From: a virus
DNA length: 64,000 bases
IMG/VR virus record: IMGVR_UViG_3300046652_000008
Location: 30,920 to 94,919 of that record
Strand: one strand, 5' to 3'
In this document: in pieces, positions 46,365 to 57,130 of the stretch
Layout: the number at the start of each line of letters is the position of its first letter
Position numbering within the stretch: the stretch's first letter is position 1
Notes under the pieces: generated by a model
Database searches by the model: none
Told to the model about the DNA's origin: nothing
The model's input: the letters and a program-made list of their open reading frames with translations, nothing else
Program-made: the position numbers and the translations under genes

Positions 46365-48316
46365 TGCCAATGAAATCCTTAGTTTCTCTATTCATTATAG
46401 CTTCGTCTCTACTGGCGCAGACGCCGAATCAGCCATTGTCAGTGACTAAACTATACAATGTAACTACCTACATTGACAACAGAAGCCAATCTGCGCGCAT
46501 GAATAATCTGCATACATTTCAGTGCGTAGGTTCTGGGGCGTATTCTTGTACTATTCAGTACGCAGACGGAACACCATCCGCATGGTCTAACTTTCCAGAT
46601 ACGGGAGTTACGGTTGATCAGGCTAGTGCTGCCAATAGATCGCAAGTATTTGGTTATCATGACTATATCCGGTTCGTGTTAACTGGAGGAGCTATTGTCA
46701 ACTATAGCGGGACGAGAGACTTATATACCTTCAACACTACTACCGTTACCACAAGCTCTACCGCATTGACCTATACTCCTCCGTTTACGGGCGGCGTGGC
46801 GCGCACGCAGTCAGCCAAGAACGCAGATGTGCTCAGCGTCAAGGATTTCGGGGCTTGCGGGAACGGGATTTGCGACGATACCGCAGCAATTCAATCGGCG
46901 ATCACTGCGGCTTGTTCCAGCGGCTACGGTCTGTTTTTCCCGTCCGGTGCCTACAATGTAAGCGGGATTACGAACCCATGCGGGGCCAGCATGGTCGGAG
47001 TGCGCGGAAGAACAAACATCGCCGGCTTGAATGCCGACGTTGTGAGAATCAATCCAGTCGGGGCACTCGGGCCAATATACATGCAAGACCTGACAATCAC
47101 TCATCAGGCTGGATCAACCTCGGGCGATGGTATCCATATTTTAGGGCCTAGCGACGGAACGAGCCAGAATTCAAACGTGTCGCTGGTCCGAGTCACGGCA
47201 TACAACGTGCCAGGGACGGCGATTCACGTCCACAACGCCATCAACGGTACGTGGACGGACGTGCAAGCCAACAACAGCCTTAACGGTCTATGGTTGGATG
47301 GGAGCACCGCAGGGGTAGGGAATCAGCCGGTAAACGGGCTTACTTTTGTAGGGTTTACTGCCGATGGTAACACGAACCGGGCAGTATTGCTCAACGGCGC
47401 TAACTTCAATACATTCATTTACCTAGACATTGAGGCCAATACTGGATCGTCTGTCGTCCAGGTGGACCATGGATACAATAATCATTTTATCTCTGGAGAC
47501 TCAGAGGGCAATGCGGCGGCCACCAACGGTGTTTTTAATTTCTCTTGCACGTACGGATCTTGCCGAGGAAATAGCGTCGAGAAGTTTACCTTCATTGGGC
47601 CGATGTCCAACTACGCGACCCCGATAATCCACGTAGGCGGCGTCGCCAACTATACAATCATACGCGACAATTACTTCGCGATATACACTGATTTGCAAAA
47701 GTGCATAATACTAGACACAGGCTCACTCTTGACGCAACTATCCAACAACTTCTCGAACAACACAACCTTCGCAAACTACATCACGGACAATGGAACGAGC
47801 ACTACTTTTAATCAAGAGCCCCAACTGCTTGCGATTTCCAGGACAATCCTTCCACAACTTGGGTTGATCGCATATGCGACTCCGCTGCTTAAATTCGGAA
47901 GCAACTACATACAAGACAACGGATTCAATTTCTACAGCGCGGCGAATCCAATTACATTTGCCACGCAGTCATCCAACATCTTGCTCGCCCCATCAACGAA
48001 ACTGACGCTCTATTCAGGGCACATGGCCTCGCAGGGGGTATCTCTTACCGTAGCTTCAGGATTCGGGACGTCCCCCTCCGTTACAGGATCTGACTCGGTT
48101 GGCAGGGTGACGGTCGGAAGCGGGGGAATTGCTCTTACTGGCGTGGTGAATTTTGCAAAGACGTGGGATGGACGTCCCCCGGTGTGTTTCGCCAAGGATG
48201 AAACGACGGGCGCTATGATCAACGCCGTACCCACCTACACCACGTTGACGCTGAGCCAGTCTGGAGCGTTTGGAGCAGGCGACATATTGGCGTGGAGTTG
48301 CCAGGACTGGTACTGA
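46364..48316 (+). CDS. tailspike/depolymerase-like right-handed beta-helix protein with N-terminal signal peptide
   Basis: MKSLVSLFIIASSLLA-Q; LSVKDFGACGNGICDDTAAIQSAI and LFFPSGAY (pectate-lyase-3-like); Asn/Gly-rich repeats. Confidence 0.85.
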   Translation: MPMKSLVSLFIIASSLLAQTPNQPLSVTKLYNVTTYIDNRSQSARMNNLHTFQCVGSGAYSCTIQYADGTPSAWSNFPDTGVTVDQASAANRSQVFGYHDYIRFVLTGGAIVNYSGTRDLYTFNTTTVTTSSTALTYTPPFTGGVARTQSAKNADVLSVKDFGACGNGICDDTAAIQSAITAACSSGYGLFFPSGAYNVSGITNPCGASMVGVRGRTNIAGLNADVVRINPVGALGPIYMQDLTITHQAGSTSGDGIHILGPSDGTSQNSNVSLVRVTAYNVPGTAIHVHNAINGTWTDVQANNSLNGLWLDGSTAGVGNQPVNGLTFVGFTADGNTNRAVLLNGANFNTFIYLDIEANTGSSVVQVDHGYNNHFISGDSEGNAAATNGVFNFSCTYGSCRGNSVEKFTFIGPMSNYATPIIHVGGVANYTIIRDNYFAIYTDLQKCIILDTGSLLTQLSNNFSNNTTFANYITDNGTSTTFNQEPQLLAISRTILPQLGLIAYATPLLKFGSNYIQDNGFNFYSAANPITFATQSSNILLAPSTKLTLYSGHMASQGVSLTVASGFGTSPSVTGSDSVGRVTVGSGGIALTGVVNFAKTWDGRPPVCFAKDETTGAMINAVPTYTTLTLSQSGAFGAGDILAWSCQDWY

Positions 48317-48348
48317 GCGGCGGCGTGATTATACACCAAAGGATTCCC

Positions 48349-48507
48349 ATGAAACACTTTCTCTACCTTCTCGTCTTCTCAGCCGTCGCGCTTGCGCAGG
48401 GCGGGGGAATCAGCGCAGAGCAATTCCGCTGCTGCCGCAGTCCCGTCATTTACGCCAACCGCCTTGACTGTAGTTGTTCAATAAGACCATCAGCGCTGAA
48501 TGCGTGA
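48349..48507 (+). pseudogene. Probable remnant of a signal-peptide protein gene
   Basis: MKHFLYLLVFSAVALAQ after AAGGA RBS, then loses protein-like character and stops. Confidence 0.4.
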
Positions 48508-48613
48508 TAGGCACAAACGATGCAAGCTAACGCCATCACCGAATCGCTGCATGTAGATGTAAAGCGATGTAGCCAATGCAAGGAATTGAAATACAAAACC
48601 ATGGGGCCACTAA

Positions 48614-48979
48614 CTATTTGTTCCTGGCCTTTGCTATTCCAGGCATATCGACAGTTGGACCTTGTTGGCTCTTGCTGGATTCGCCAGTAATGGAATCATC
48701 TTTGGTTTCTGGCATCTTTGGTGGGGCTACGGAAGTCTTTACCTTGCTTGAATCAATGTAGGCTTGCGCGGCCTTCTCGCCACCAGAAGCGTAAGCGCCA
48801 GCTAACTTAATCAGACGGCCAAACCCAGCCTCTTCGGGCATTCCTTCGTCCATCGCTCCGCTCGGCTTAGCGCCCTTGGGAGCCTTGTCCATTTCCTTCT
48901 CCATCATGTATTCCTTGAAATACTTAGTGAAACTATCATAAGACGACGGGGATTTTCCAGGGCCTATTTTATTTGCCAT
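48614..48979 (-). CDS. hypothetical protein at the end of the virion module
   Basis: 121-aa ORF co-oriented with the ejection genes. Confidence 0.7.
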   Translation of the reverse strand: MANKIGPGKSPSSYDSFTKYFKEYMMEKEMDKAPKGAKPSGAMDEGMPEEAGFGRLIKLAGAYASGGEKAAQAYIDSSKVKTSVAPPKMPETKDDSITGESSKSQQGPTVDMPGIAKARNK

Positions 48980-48993
48980 AATTGATTATAAAC

Positions 48994-51900
48994 CTAATCG
49001 CCAAAGGCGAGTTTCATATTCACGGGAGGCGAGGTTATGCCTGGAGCCTTAGCCTTCTGGGATTGCTTAACGTGCCTAAGCGCGTCAACTACCTTTTCAG
49101 GCCCATAGTGATCAGTGAGTGCCTTTACGAAAGAGAGCGCAACCTTGTCAAACAATCCCTTGGTGGATTCGGGAGCGTTAGCAACTTTCGTCCCAGACAC
49201 CGAGACCCCAAGCTTGTACTGCTGACTTTCGCTAGCCCCAGATCCCCAATCTGCAAGTATCTCATGCAATATGGCGTTGTCTCCAGAATATCCAGACCTC
49301 TCGTAGAAGTGCCTCAAGACGCCGAATTCGTTATTCGATAACACCTTATTGACGACGCTTCTGTAGTCCTTACCACCCATGAAATCCATTAGATTCCCAA
49401 GTGACGTAAATACGTCAGAATGCACGAGTTCATGGTTTAGCGTACCTCGCGTTCCTCCTGGATTCCTTGAGACAACATCCACGAATACAATCCCGCGCTT
49501 ATTTCCTAGATTGTCGCGTACACTTCTAACAAGATCCAATACTGGAGCATGGGCCTCTGCCGCTAAATTAGGAAGAATTGAGCCCATGATTGTTCTAGTC
49601 AGGTTAGCAGCAGCCGCTTGGTTTACCCTAACCCCATTAATTCTAGTTCCAGGCTTAAATACACCGAGGGCCACATATGCTGCGCATACCATGGCATTTG
49701 TCGCGTTATTCATGTATATCCTGGTAGGCATATCCTTGCTGTTGTATACGCGATGCGCCATTTCCGCCACAACCTCGTCAATTGGCCTAGTCTTACCTTC
49801 GGCGTCTTGCATCGCTACGGGCTTAACTAACCCCTTGCTGGACCTGTCGAATAGTGTGGTCTGCTCTGGGTCGCTTAATTCTGGAAACTTCTGCGCATCT
49901 TCACCAGCAAAGTCAAAACCGCCCTGTGCTTTACCAGCACGCATAACCTTCAGGTTATCTAGTATCTTATGCGCTAACGCAGCCCCCTCTTCGGGCTCAA
50001 GCTCAAACTCGCCCTGCCCCGGATTCTTCTCAGGCTTGTAGTTAAACATATCCATAGACTTTGGAGGGGCATTCTTTTTTCCTCCGCTCATCGGGGAATT
50101 AAAAGTGTCCTGCATCTTCTGCTTCAGGTTTTTAGCGTCTATGTCGTCCTGAATGGCTTTAGCCTTCGCGCCTGCAACTTGCCGCTCGTTCTCTAGGTCT
50201 TGCTCGTACTTAGACCTTGCGGACTTGTCCTGTTGCTCAAACCCTTCGTCTATCAGCGACCCTTGCATACCAGCAGGAGTCTTCTCATAGCGCACTGGTT
50301 GAGATGCCGATACTTCACCAGCACCAGCGGCCATAGCCTTGTCGCCCTTATCCGCTATTTTCTTAGCTTCCTTGTCGGCCTTAGCCTTTGCTCGATCTTC
50401 CGCTATTTTCTGGTCTACGAACTTAGAGGCTTCCTGAACCAACTCTAACTTAGTTTTCGGCACGAACGGATCGCCACCCATGGCCGCGTGCATCGGGCTA
50501 TTAGCAGCGTCTTCGCTGTTCTTTTCATCCAGCACGAGCGAAGCATACTTCTGGATAAATGCCTGTACGTTCACAGCAGAGTTTTTGTTGTTTAATAGCG
50601 TCTTTGCTACTTCCGTAACTACTTTATTCTCGGCAAGGTCGCCCTGGACGTTTAACTCACTCGTCATCCTAGCTAGCGACTTACCCTTGAAATTCTTGAT
50701 CTTCGCTACAGCTTGCCCTATGTCGTCGCTAGTTACATGGTCACCTTCTGCCGTCAGCCCAAGCGACAATCCATTAGCCTCAGCGTACTCACGGGCCTGC
50801 CCCATAGCGGGAGCAGCAGCAATCAGCCCATTAGTGATCCTCTTAGTATTATCTTTCGTGTTCTCCGATGCACGCTCTGCTAACTCTGCACCATTATACG
50901 CCCATCGAACTACGCCTAACGTAGCACGACGCATCATGTCTTGGTTCGGATCGTTTGTTCCCTCGATATTCCACTTACCCTGTTCGTCAATGGGAAGCTG
51001 GTCTCTTAGGTTTCTCGCTACCTTATCCATACCTGTTACGTTTCCATCTTCGTCTGTGGATAGTTCCCCTATAGCTTTTGGTATTCTACTGATAGCGTCA
51101 TACGCTGCCACCTCAGCGTCTTTTCCAGGGCGAGACGTAGGGGCATTGGCCTCTGATAGCATATTCCATTTCTGCTCGTTGTCGAGCGCTGTCTTCCGTA
51201 CAGTGACGAGTAATGGTAGCCTTGTGTCTGTGCTTGGATCTTTAGCATCAGCAATCAGCTTTTCTACCTGAGCACGACTCATCCCAAGTTTACGAGCCCG
51301 GCTTGGCAATTCGTCAATAAACTCAGAGTATAGCTTCGCCATCGGAAACTGCTTCAGCGTTCCCTTAGCGTCGAGCATCTTCTGATACTGTTCGCGTGAC
51401 TGTAACATCGCCTCGGACTTGTGGTTTCCTAGCTCAACAACTCCGCGCTGATCTATTCCAGGGACGCCCTCTCCGTTCCATACGCCTTCCTGTAAGAATT
51501 GCTCAACCACTGGTTCTGTCTTTATCTTATGGATTAAGCCATTAGAATAGTTGGAGTCGTTCATTCTTGGCTGAGAGTCGGATTTGTATCTGAATGAATT
51601 AAATACATCCTGGACTAAGGCCATTGCATGGTCAATTTTGTTCTTCGGATTCACCTTACTGGGTAGACTTACATCTTTACCAACGATGAAATTATCTGTA
51701 GACCTTTCTGGATCATATTTCACGTCTGGCGGATTAGGTTTCTGAAACGATAATCCATTATCACCGTCAGCCTTGACGCCAGGAATATCCATAGCTCCCG
51801 GAGGGGCCGCTATTTGCCTAGGCTTCATAAAGTCAGGCAACGGCATCCCGGATTGCTTAAAGCCGATAACTGCCTTAACCGCGTTCAGCGCAGTTTTTGT

Positions 51901-53322
51901 AGCCTGAATAGCTTGCGGAGCAATTGGATGATCTGAATCTCCCGCTTGACCGATAAAATCCTCAAGTTGCTTCCCAATATGCGCTAGTTCCGTATTGTTC
52001 TTAGTTAGTAGGTCCAGCGTATAGGCCGGATCTGCGTTCCTGGACGCCTGTAGGTGGCTCACGACAGCGGCAGCATCCTTGGTGTCGTCTACGATCCTCT
52101 GATGCTCTGGTGCCAGCGGTGGGCGCACAGGGCCGCTCTCCATGTCTCCAGAAGGCGGCGTAAACTGCCCAGCAAGCGGAGGCTTGATCGGCCCAGCCGT
52201 TTTCGGGGTAGATGGCGACCAATCGCTAGCCGTAACCACGTTCGGGGGAGGTACGGGTTGCCCCGGCATCGGGCCATTAAGTGGGGTAGTGGCAGGAGCC
52301 AATGGTGGTCGGATTGGACCCATCGGCATATCACCATTGGGCGGTCCGTATTGTCCAGCAAGCGTCGGGCGTATCGGCCCATTCTGGGTAGGTGCAGAAG
52401 GCGTCCACTTACCAGGATCTACGAAAGTTGGCCCAGATGGAATTTCTGACACTGGCGCGGGAGGAGCGTTCGGCTTATCAGGCTCAAGCGCCGATGCGTA
52501 CTTGCCCTTCGTATCCGTCGAGAATAATCCGTTATTGTTCGCGGTATTCATCTCGCTCTTTGGGCTAGATATGTTCTTCGCGTGGTTGAATGAATCTACC
52601 GCAATCTTGGCAGCTACGCCCATCTTCCCGAATAAGTACCCGGCCTTAGAGTAGTCACCATCAGACCACGCTTGCTTTACTTCCTTAGAACTATTGATTG
52701 CATCGGTTAGGGACAAATACCCAAATCCGATAGAGGCTCCGAGACTAACTAGCTTGCCAACCGTAGCTCCAGCAGGGCCAAATGCAGAACCAGCCACAGC
52801 CGGAATAGCTGTCATCGCACCCATTAAGCTTACTTGGCCGGGAGTGGTGAAGCTGGTAAGCTGATCGGCGGCTCCGGTTGTCATTCCCTCCGTGAAATCG
52901 GAGACTTTCCCCTGTTTCTTGGGATGCATCCCAAGCCATTGTTCTTTTAGCTTGTCAAACGTTGATGCGTATGTGTCATAAGCTCCGCGAACGTTGACCA
53001 TGCCTTCCGGCGTGGCCCCATAATCGTTCTGCGTCCCATACGGGATCATGTCTTTGGAAGACGTTCCTAGCTTCGTTGCTGGTCCGTTAAGCTGCGCTCC
53101 GCGCATACCAGGAATATCTCCCGCTACCGGAGGAGCATTAGATTTTACAAACGTCGGAGCCTTTAGGTCATATAAGTTAGCCTTAACTTCATCGGGTAGC
53201 TTCAGTTTGTCTAACTTTTGGACAAACTCATCCCGCGTCCGTGAGCTGTCGAATGCCTGCGCGGCAGCGCTCGCGTCGGGCGAGGAGGCATATGGGCCAA
53301 GGATATTAGTTAGGTCTGCCAT
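48994..53322 (-). CDS. large internal virion / polyvalent protein (ParB-like domain plus HExxH motif)
   Basis: 1442 aa; SQPR...GVPGID.RGVVELGNHK, HELVH...HEILAD; last large gene of the ejection cluster. Confidence 0.75.
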   Translation of the reverse strand: MADLTNILGPYASSPDASAAAQAFDSSRTRDEFVQKLDKLKLPDEVKANLYDLKAPTFVKSNAPPVAGDIPGMRGAQLNGPATKLGTSSKDMIPYGTQNDYGATPEGMVNVRGAYDTYASTFDKLKEQWLGMHPKKQGKVSDFTEGMTTGAADQLTSFTTPGQVSLMGAMTAIPAVAGSAFGPAGATVGKLVSLGASIGFGYLSLTDAINSSKEVKQAWSDGDYSKAGYLFGKMGVAAKIAVDSFNHAKNISSPKSEMNTANNNGLFSTDTKGKYASALEPDKPNAPPAPVSEIPSGPTFVDPGKWTPSAPTQNGPIRPTLAGQYGPPNGDMPMGPIRPPLAPATTPLNGPMPGQPVPPPNVVTASDWSPSTPKTAGPIKPPLAGQFTPPSGDMESGPVRPPLAPEHQRIVDDTKDAAAVVSHLQASRNADPAYTLDLLTKNNTELAHIGKQLEDFIGQAGDSDHPIAPQAIQATKTALNAVKAVIGFKQSGMPLPDFMKPRQIAAPPGAMDIPGVKADGDNGLSFQKPNPPDVKYDPERSTDNFIVGKDVSLPSKVNPKNKIDHAMALVQDVFNSFRYKSDSQPRMNDSNYSNGLIHKIKTEPVVEQFLQEGVWNGEGVPGIDQRGVVELGNHKSEAMLQSREQYQKMLDAKGTLKQFPMAKLYSEFIDELPSRARKLGMSRAQVEKLIADAKDPSTDTRLPLLVTVRKTALDNEQKWNMLSEANAPTSRPGKDAEVAAYDAISRIPKAIGELSTDEDGNVTGMDKVARNLRDQLPIDEQGKWNIEGTNDPNQDMMRRATLGVVRWAYNGAELAERASENTKDNTKRITNGLIAAAPAMGQAREYAEANGLSLGLTAEGDHVTSDDIGQAVAKIKNFKGKSLARMTSELNVQGDLAENKVVTEVAKTLLNNKNSAVNVQAFIQKYASLVLDEKNSEDAANSPMHAAMGGDPFVPKTKLELVQEASKFVDQKIAEDRAKAKADKEAKKIADKGDKAMAAGAGEVSASQPVRYEKTPAGMQGSLIDEGFEQQDKSARSKYEQDLENERQVAGAKAKAIQDDIDAKNLKQKMQDTFNSPMSGGKKNAPPKSMDMFNYKPEKNPGQGEFELEPEEGAALAHKILDNLKVMRAGKAQGGFDFAGEDAQKFPELSDPEQTTLFDRSSKGLVKPVAMQDAEGKTRPIDEVVAEMAHRVYNSKDMPTRIYMNNATNAMVCAAYVALGVFKPGTRINGVRVNQAAAANLTRTIMGSILPNLAAEAHAPVLDLVRSVRDNLGNKRGIVFVDVVSRNPGGTRGTLNHELVHSDVFTSLGNLMDFMGGKDYRSVVNKVLSNNEFGVLRHFYERSGYSGDNAILHEILADWGSGASESQQYKLGVSVSGTKVANAPESTKGLFDKVALSFVKALTDHYGPEKVVDALRHVKQSQKAKAPGITSPPVNMKLAFGD

Positions 53323-55238
53323 TATTCAGTTGCCTTGTTTGGAGGAGGAGCGTTGGGGTTATCTTCGGGAGTCTGACTTTGATAGTTAGCTATACTATGC
53401 CCAATCATATTCACCCATCTTAGCTTGCTAGAGTCAACCGGAACGGTAGATAGCGTATTTGCAAGTATCTTGGTGGTTAGCTTCCTGTTTAGCAATATGT
53501 TCTTAGTAAACACGTATAAATACTGCATGGCGGGAGGTTTCCCCTCTGCCGTTGCACCGATAACACGCGCATTCGTCAAATTCTCATATCCACTCCCAGC
53601 TTTGACAAGTGTACTTGCTTTCTGGCTGAGATTCATCTTTTGCACGTTCAATACATCTATCGCATCACTCTGCCCAATGCCATAGTTCCGCATTAGCGTA
53701 CCAACAGCCGCCTGTGGGTCTACTTTATTCATCAACATTTCCGCGCTGTCTTTGAATAGACTGCTGATGCTAGCAGCAACCGTGGACTTGAACCTATTGG
53801 CAACATCTGCAAATGCTCCACTAGTTTTAGATGCCTCATATAACGCCTTAGCGTTTCTATCTAATGACGTAGTTATAGGATATACCTTCTCTCCGTTCGG
53901 TCCACGTCTAACAGCCATCGTCTCGCCAACAGACAATGGAGAGCCCTTCTTGATGTCTCCCACTCCAGCATAATCACCTAACTTTTCGTTATACCTGCCT
54001 GTACTCGCGTAACGCACGGGGGGAGCGCCAGAAGGAGCAATGTTAGGATTGAGTAGATTGTCAACGGTATCCCCTACAATTGCTTCTAGCTTGGGCATGT
54101 CTGCTTTTTCTCCAGCATTGGCAGAGCGAAGATACTTAATATGGTCCTCTACGTCTTGCGGAAGAGTAGTAAGCCCAGCGTATCTAGGGTCATTATACGC
54201 TACCTGCCTAGCCTCTCCAGCCGCATTAACTTCATTCTGAAGGGTTGTCTGAGATTGCTTGCCAATGTATTCTACGTTTGGTTCTCCATATGGACGCCCT
54301 TCATCCAGGATGGGCCGAGTATGCAATCTACCAGAGGCGTCTTTAAGCTCTGTTTCTCCAGGTACAATCACGTTCTGCATTCTCGCTTTAGTGTACGGAG
54401 TCAATTCTTCAGTATCAATACCCCATGACTTGAATAGCATTTTCTTGGCAACTTCACGCGGCCACTTATACGCAGTACCTAAGGCATCTAGTGCCGTACT
54501 TGTAGCGTCAGCCGTTCTGCCAACAAACCCCTGCATTGACGGAGGAGCCTTAGCGGCTAGAGCATTACCCGTAGATTTCACCCAAGGAGCTACAACCTTT
54601 TTTGCAATCTCTCCAGTTTCAGCAGCAGCATTAGGATATGCTCCCAGAACTTTATTTACGGCAGTTAGCGGATTTAATATATCAGATGCGTAGCTAGTGG
54701 TATTAGCCGCCCTTGTCAGTGTATTCGCAGCATCAGTAAATTTGAGTGCCCTAGTCCCAGCGCTTACGGCTCGAAGCCCGGCAGTGCCAATACCCAATAG
54801 AGCACTCGCGTCTGCTATTGCACGAACCGGATCTTTCTTGAAATTATCCGCAAATCCATTTGTATAGTATCCCGCAAGCCCAGGATCTTTGTATCCCGTC
54901 CCGAAGTAATCAGGGTCAATCGGGCTTACTTGCAACGGAACGCCACCCGTAAAGCCTCCAGATATTGCCAGACTAGCGACAGCGGCGGGAATGTTGACGA
55001 CTTGCCTTGCCAATGATTCTGGCACGTTACCAAGCGTTTCCTTGACGTATTGCCCAGCCTTACCAAGCGAAGCCATGCCAGAAGACACGAGATTCTGGGA
55101 ACTTTCCTCAGATTTCGGCGGCGCATTAGGCGTAGATGCGGTTGATGGATCTCCTACCGGGACTCCACCATACTTAGACTTAAACTCCTGATCGTCAACA
55201 GGGACACCGCCGTACTTAGATTTGTATGGTTCCGCCAT
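53322..55238 (-). CDS. internal virion (ejection) protein
   Basis: Ala/Gly-rich, KSKYGGVPV twice at the N-terminus, TAATG coupling. Confidence 0.7.
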   Translation of the reverse strand: MAEPYKSKYGGVPVDDQEFKSKYGGVPVGDPSTASTPNAPPKSEESSQNLVSSGMASLGKAGQYVKETLGNVPESLARQVVNIPAAVASLAISGGFTGGVPLQVSPIDPDYFGTGYKDPGLAGYYTNGFADNFKKDPVRAIADASALLGIGTAGLRAVSAGTRALKFTDAANTLTRAANTTSYASDILNPLTAVNKVLGAYPNAAAETGEIAKKVVAPWVKSTGNALAAKAPPSMQGFVGRTADATSTALDALGTAYKWPREVAKKMLFKSWGIDTEELTPYTKARMQNVIVPGETELKDASGRLHTRPILDEGRPYGEPNVEYIGKQSQTTLQNEVNAAGEARQVAYNDPRYAGLTTLPQDVEDHIKYLRSANAGEKADMPKLEAIVGDTVDNLLNPNIAPSGAPPVRYASTGRYNEKLGDYAGVGDIKKGSPLSVGETMAVRRGPNGEKVYPITTSLDRNAKALYEASKTSGAFADVANRFKSTVAASISSLFKDSAEMLMNKVDPQAAVGTLMRNYGIGQSDAIDVLNVQKMNLSQKASTLVKAGSGYENLTNARVIGATAEGKPPAMQYLYVFTKNILLNRKLTTKILANTLSTVPVDSSKLRWVNMIGHSIANYQSQTPEDNPNAPPPNKATE

Positions 55239-57127
55239 TACCGTTTTTGGAGCCTATGCCCATCCTCTATGTAAATCGCACCCTTTGGCAAGGCGTCAAA
55301 CTCGGCCTGACTGTTTACGGTTGGGACGGCAGGAGCCTGAGTGGGATTAGCCTCACCCTGCTTAATCCGTTGCCATCGAGACGGAGTAGTAACCACATTT
55401 TTTGGAGCAGCGGCGGAAACAGGTGGAGTGTTACTCTGCGATGGCGTGACCGTAGTCTGAGTATTCGACGGAATAAAGGGGACGCCCTTCTCGTCTGCCG
55501 CCTGCTTAGGCGTCATTCCCCAGTGGATAGTATGCGCTATTTCGTAATTGGTCTTACCCTTGAACTGTGGATCTTGATCGTTGCTGATCGTTGGATTCTT
55601 TGGATCATTCCATCCAGGATGTGATGCTTTCCAGTCGTCTGGGATGTTTTGGTTATAATGCTTACTAGAGAAGGCATGGGTAAACTCTCTTGGCTGTGGA
55701 TTCGGATTCTCTTTTGTCCACTCGCTAAGCTCTACCTGATGATCCGGAATCAACATCTCCATGTTGTTCTTAATCGTCGGCATCATGTTCAATTCCCTAT
55801 ACAGGGGATTCATGGCATACGCATTATACGCGCCCTGAATCACGCCATTGAGGTGGTTGCCTAATAGATTAACCTGCTCCGCTAGCTGATGTTGCAGGTA
55901 TAACCTAGCCTTTTCGGGTAGCATCCCTTGGCCCGTCCATTTAGACGGCAGCATTCCAGCTTTTTGTAATATGCCGATGCCGTCCTGGACAGCGTTATAC
56001 TTTTCGTTGGTAACGCCAGCGCCAGGATGCGATATGTTCGCAAACGCCGTAAGCATACGAGTATCGTCAAGATTATTCCATGTCTTTACGTTGCTCTCGG
56101 GAGTCCCTAGCGTGATCGCGGGACCAGCATTTGATCTGGCAGAGATATACGCAGCAACAGATGGAACCTTTAGTAGCCTGTCTTGGAAACTCCCCAGCCC
56201 CGTAGTTATAGCATTTAGCGCTTGCATCTTACGCGCTTCGCCTGTCATGGATGCTTGCACGTTTCGGTTATCAGCCGTGTCTCGGCTTAGTTGTGACGCT
56301 CTCCAATGCTCCGTAGCATCACCAACAATTTTATTAGCTAAAACCGGATCTCCCCACTTTAGGGCATTAGTCATTGCGGACATCTTAGCATCACGGAAGA
56401 TATTTGCTTCTTTTTCTTCTCGCTGCTTCTGTAGCCCAGTGACTCCAGCGCGTGGCCCTATGTTGTTTAGCGTCTCCTTAAACGTGTCGTAATAGGCAGC
56501 TTGCTGTTCTGGCGGTAGGTATTTTTTGGGAGGGGTTACGGCCCACTTCCAGCCCATAGCCTTTATAGCATCCTGATCCACTACCCTATTAGATTCAAGG
56601 TCTATGGCAAACCTTGCCCCAGGCTGAGTAGGGTCTGAAGATCCGATGCTGTAAGACGCCACCTTAATCGAGCGTCCAGTTTCTGGATCGTAATAGAACC
56701 CCTGCTGTGGATGCTTATTCTGAGAACTAATCTCATCCCAAAGGTCAGAACTGAATGGGGCTAGATTCTTATATGCTTTGTCTAGGGGAGCCTCAGTCTT
56801 CCCCGCGAATGGGTTTCCACCCGGAGCTACACTAGGGCCAACGCCCTGCGTAGCAGCCACGGCAGGAGGAGCCTTCGGTCCAGTAGTTGGACTTTGCAGT
56901 GTTGGATTGTCAACGCCAGCAGCAGCCGGAGGGGCTATTGGCGCAGGAGGAGCACTGGCATCCTGCAACTTGAACCCTTGACCGTTGTATCTCTTGATGG
57001 CATTTATGTAACCATCTTGGTCTACATTCGCTGCTATCGGATCTCCGTTAGCCTTAGCCTCTTGGTACGCCTGATCGTAGGATTTGGTTGTACCGTTGTC
57101 CAGTATAATTGACCCATTTTGCGGCAC
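55238..57127 (-). CDS. internal virion (ejection) protein
   Basis: Pro/Ala linkers; C-terminal VNSQAEFDALPKGAIYI motif. Confidence 0.7.
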   Translation of the reverse strand: MPQNGSIILDNGTTKSYDQAYQEAKANGDPIAANVDQDGYINAIKRYNGQGFKLQDASAPPAPIAPPAAAGVDNPTLQSPTTGPKAPPAVAATQGVGPSVAPGGNPFAGKTEAPLDKAYKNLAPFSSDLWDEISSQNKHPQQGFYYDPETGRSIKVASYSIGSSDPTQPGARFAIDLESNRVVDQDAIKAMGWKWAVTPPKKYLPPEQQAAYYDTFKETLNNIGPRAGVTGLQKQREEKEANIFRDAKMSAMTNALKWGDPVLANKIVGDATEHWRASQLSRDTADNRNVQASMTGEARKMQALNAITTGLGSFQDRLLKVPSVAAYISARSNAGPAITLGTPESNVKTWNNLDDTRMLTAFANISHPGAGVTNEKYNAVQDGIGILQKAGMLPSKWTGQGMLPEKARLYLQHQLAEQVNLLGNHLNGVIQGAYNAYAMNPLYRELNMMPTIKNNMEMLIPDHQVELSEWTKENPNPQPREFTHAFSSKHYNQNIPDDWKASHPGWNDPKNPTISNDQDPQFKGKTNYEIAHTIHWGMTPKQAADEKGVPFIPSNTQTTVTPSQSNTPPVSAAAPKNVVTTPSRWQRIKQGEANPTQAPAVPTVNSQAEFDALPKGAIYIEDGHRLQKR

Positions 57128-57130
57128 GAA

